Below are positions 14,930-16,222 of a DNA stretch of 16,222 bases, in pieces. Each line of letters starts with the position of its first letter. Position 1 is the stretch's first letter. The DNA comes from a bacterium. Lineage in GTDB: Bacteria; CALINM01. The notes beneath the pieces are model-generated. The model did no database searches and was not told the origin of the DNA. It saw only the letters and a list, made by a program, of their open reading frames with translations. Made by a program: the position numbers and the translations under genes. The stretch spans positions 1 through 16,222 of the forward strand of contig JBEQAF010000045.1 of assembly GCA_041640455.1 (NCBI GenBank). The letters are read 5' to 3'.

Positions 14930-16222
14930 CAGAGATTATGGAAGATAAGTATGATGCAAGTAGTATAACAGTTTTAAAAGGACTTGAGGCAGTTAGAAAA
15001 AGACCAGCCATGTATATAGGTAGCACTGCTTCACAGGGACTGCATCATCTTGTATATGAGGTGGTTGATAATAGTATAGATGAAGCCCTTGCTGGATATT
15101 GTAAGAATATTACTGTTACCATACATAATGACGATAGTATAACCGTTGAAGACGATGGGAGAGGAATACCTGTAGAGATACATCCAGAGACTGGTATATC
15201 CACGCTGGAAACGGTTCTTACTACCCTTCATGCAGGAGGAAAGTTTAACGGGAAAAGCTATAAGGTCTCTGGAGGATTGCACGGTGTGGGCGTATCTTGC
15301 GTAAATGCCCTTTCTGAATTTCTGGAGGTGGAAGTAAGAAGGGATGGCAAAGTTTATTATCAGAGCTATGAAAGGGGTATCCCAAAAGACAGTGTTAAAA
15401 TTATAGGAACAACCAGTAGAACGGGAACACTGGTAAGATTTATCCCTGACAAAGAGATCTTTGAAACCACCACATTCAGTTATGATATTCTTGCCCAGCG
15501 TTTCAGAGAGCTTTCTTTTCTTAATTCAGGTATCTGTATAAAGTTAAAAGACGAGCGGGCAGGAAAAGAAAACAGCTTTTGTTATGAAGGTGGCATCATA
15601 GCCTTTGTAAAATATATAAATAAAAATAAAGAAGTGCTTTTTGATGATGTTATTTACGTAAAGGGAGAAAAGGATGATATAACCGTTGAAGTAGCCATCC
15701 AGTATAATACGGGCTACAATGAGACCATATTTAGCTTTGTTAACAGCATAAATACCATTGAAGGCGGAACTCATCTGATGGGATTTAAAGCCGCCCTCAC
15801 CAAAAATATTAATTCTCAGTCTATAAAACTGGGATTAAACAAAGACGGTAAAGAAACTCTGACAGGAGACGATATTAGAGAAGGGCTAACTGCCATAATT
15901 AGCATAAAGCTCCCTAACCCTCAGTTTGAAGGGCAGACAAAAACCAAGCTGGGAAATAGCGAGGTGAGAGGTATTGTGGAGAGTCTTGTAAACGAAGGGC
16001 TGAACAGCTTTCTGGAAGAAAAGCCCCATATAGCCAGGGCTATAATAATAAAATCTCTCGAGGCTCGTAGGGCGAGAGAGGCTTCTAAAAAAGCCAAAGA
16101 GCTGGCAAGGAAAAAATCTGCCTTTGAAGACCCCACCCTGCCAGGAAAGCTGGCAGACTGCCAGGAGAAGGATCCAGAAAAAAGCGAGATTTTTATCGTG
16201 GAGGGAGAGTCTGCTGGTGGTT
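14926..16222 (+). CDS. gyrB: DNA gyrase subunit B, partial (runs off window end; not in ORF track)
   Basis: Hand translation [32 protein letters not shown]...EVVDNSIDE...DDGRGIP...LHAGGKF...[10 protein letters not shown]...PGKLADCQ...IVEGESAGG, in one frame; ATGA overlap with the recF stop. Confidence 0.97.
   Translation, partial: [432 protein letters not shown]

Noticed and set aside
1226..16136. Short ORF-track entries (1226-1408, 3053-3238, 3500-3739, 6983-7216, 7969-8382, 8441-8662, 8983-9186, 9779-9964, 12970-13347, 14434-14661, 14615-14830, 15031-15282, 15544-15774, 15921-16136)
   Set aside because: All are antisense or alternate-frame shadows of well-supported genes, with no recognisable motifs.
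1..16222. CRISPR array, tRNA/rRNA, transposase/integrase, intein in the visible part of gyrB
   Set aside because: No regularly spaced repeats, RNA-gene signatures or mobile-element ORFs seen; GyrB motifs are colinear with no insertion.

Overview
AT-rich chromosomal replication-origin region of a diderm (Gram-negative-type) bacterium, almost entirely housekeeping. From the left: the 5' end of an AAA-ATPase-like gene (minus strand, cut by the window edge), a 0.6-kb intergenic region, and a type I-beta DAHP synthase preceded by an unannotated Phe-rich leader-peptide attenuator. Next come tolA-like/tolB/pal/cpoB/acyP (+), then a convergent minus-strand block rpmH-rnpA-yidD-yidC-mnmE-rsmG-parA-parB-zinc-ribbon, with a parS site on the rsmG start, and finally dnaA-(oriC)-dnaN-recF-gyrB (partial). 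I see no CRISPR array, tRNA/rRNA or mobile element. The most interesting signal is the attenuator: its 30-aa leader ORF seems to start exactly at the predicted transcription start (leaderless), with a fully nested antiterminator/terminator pair. Similar promoter-adjacent, SD-less starts occur at tolA and dnaA. All structures were read by eye; nothing was computed or database-searched.
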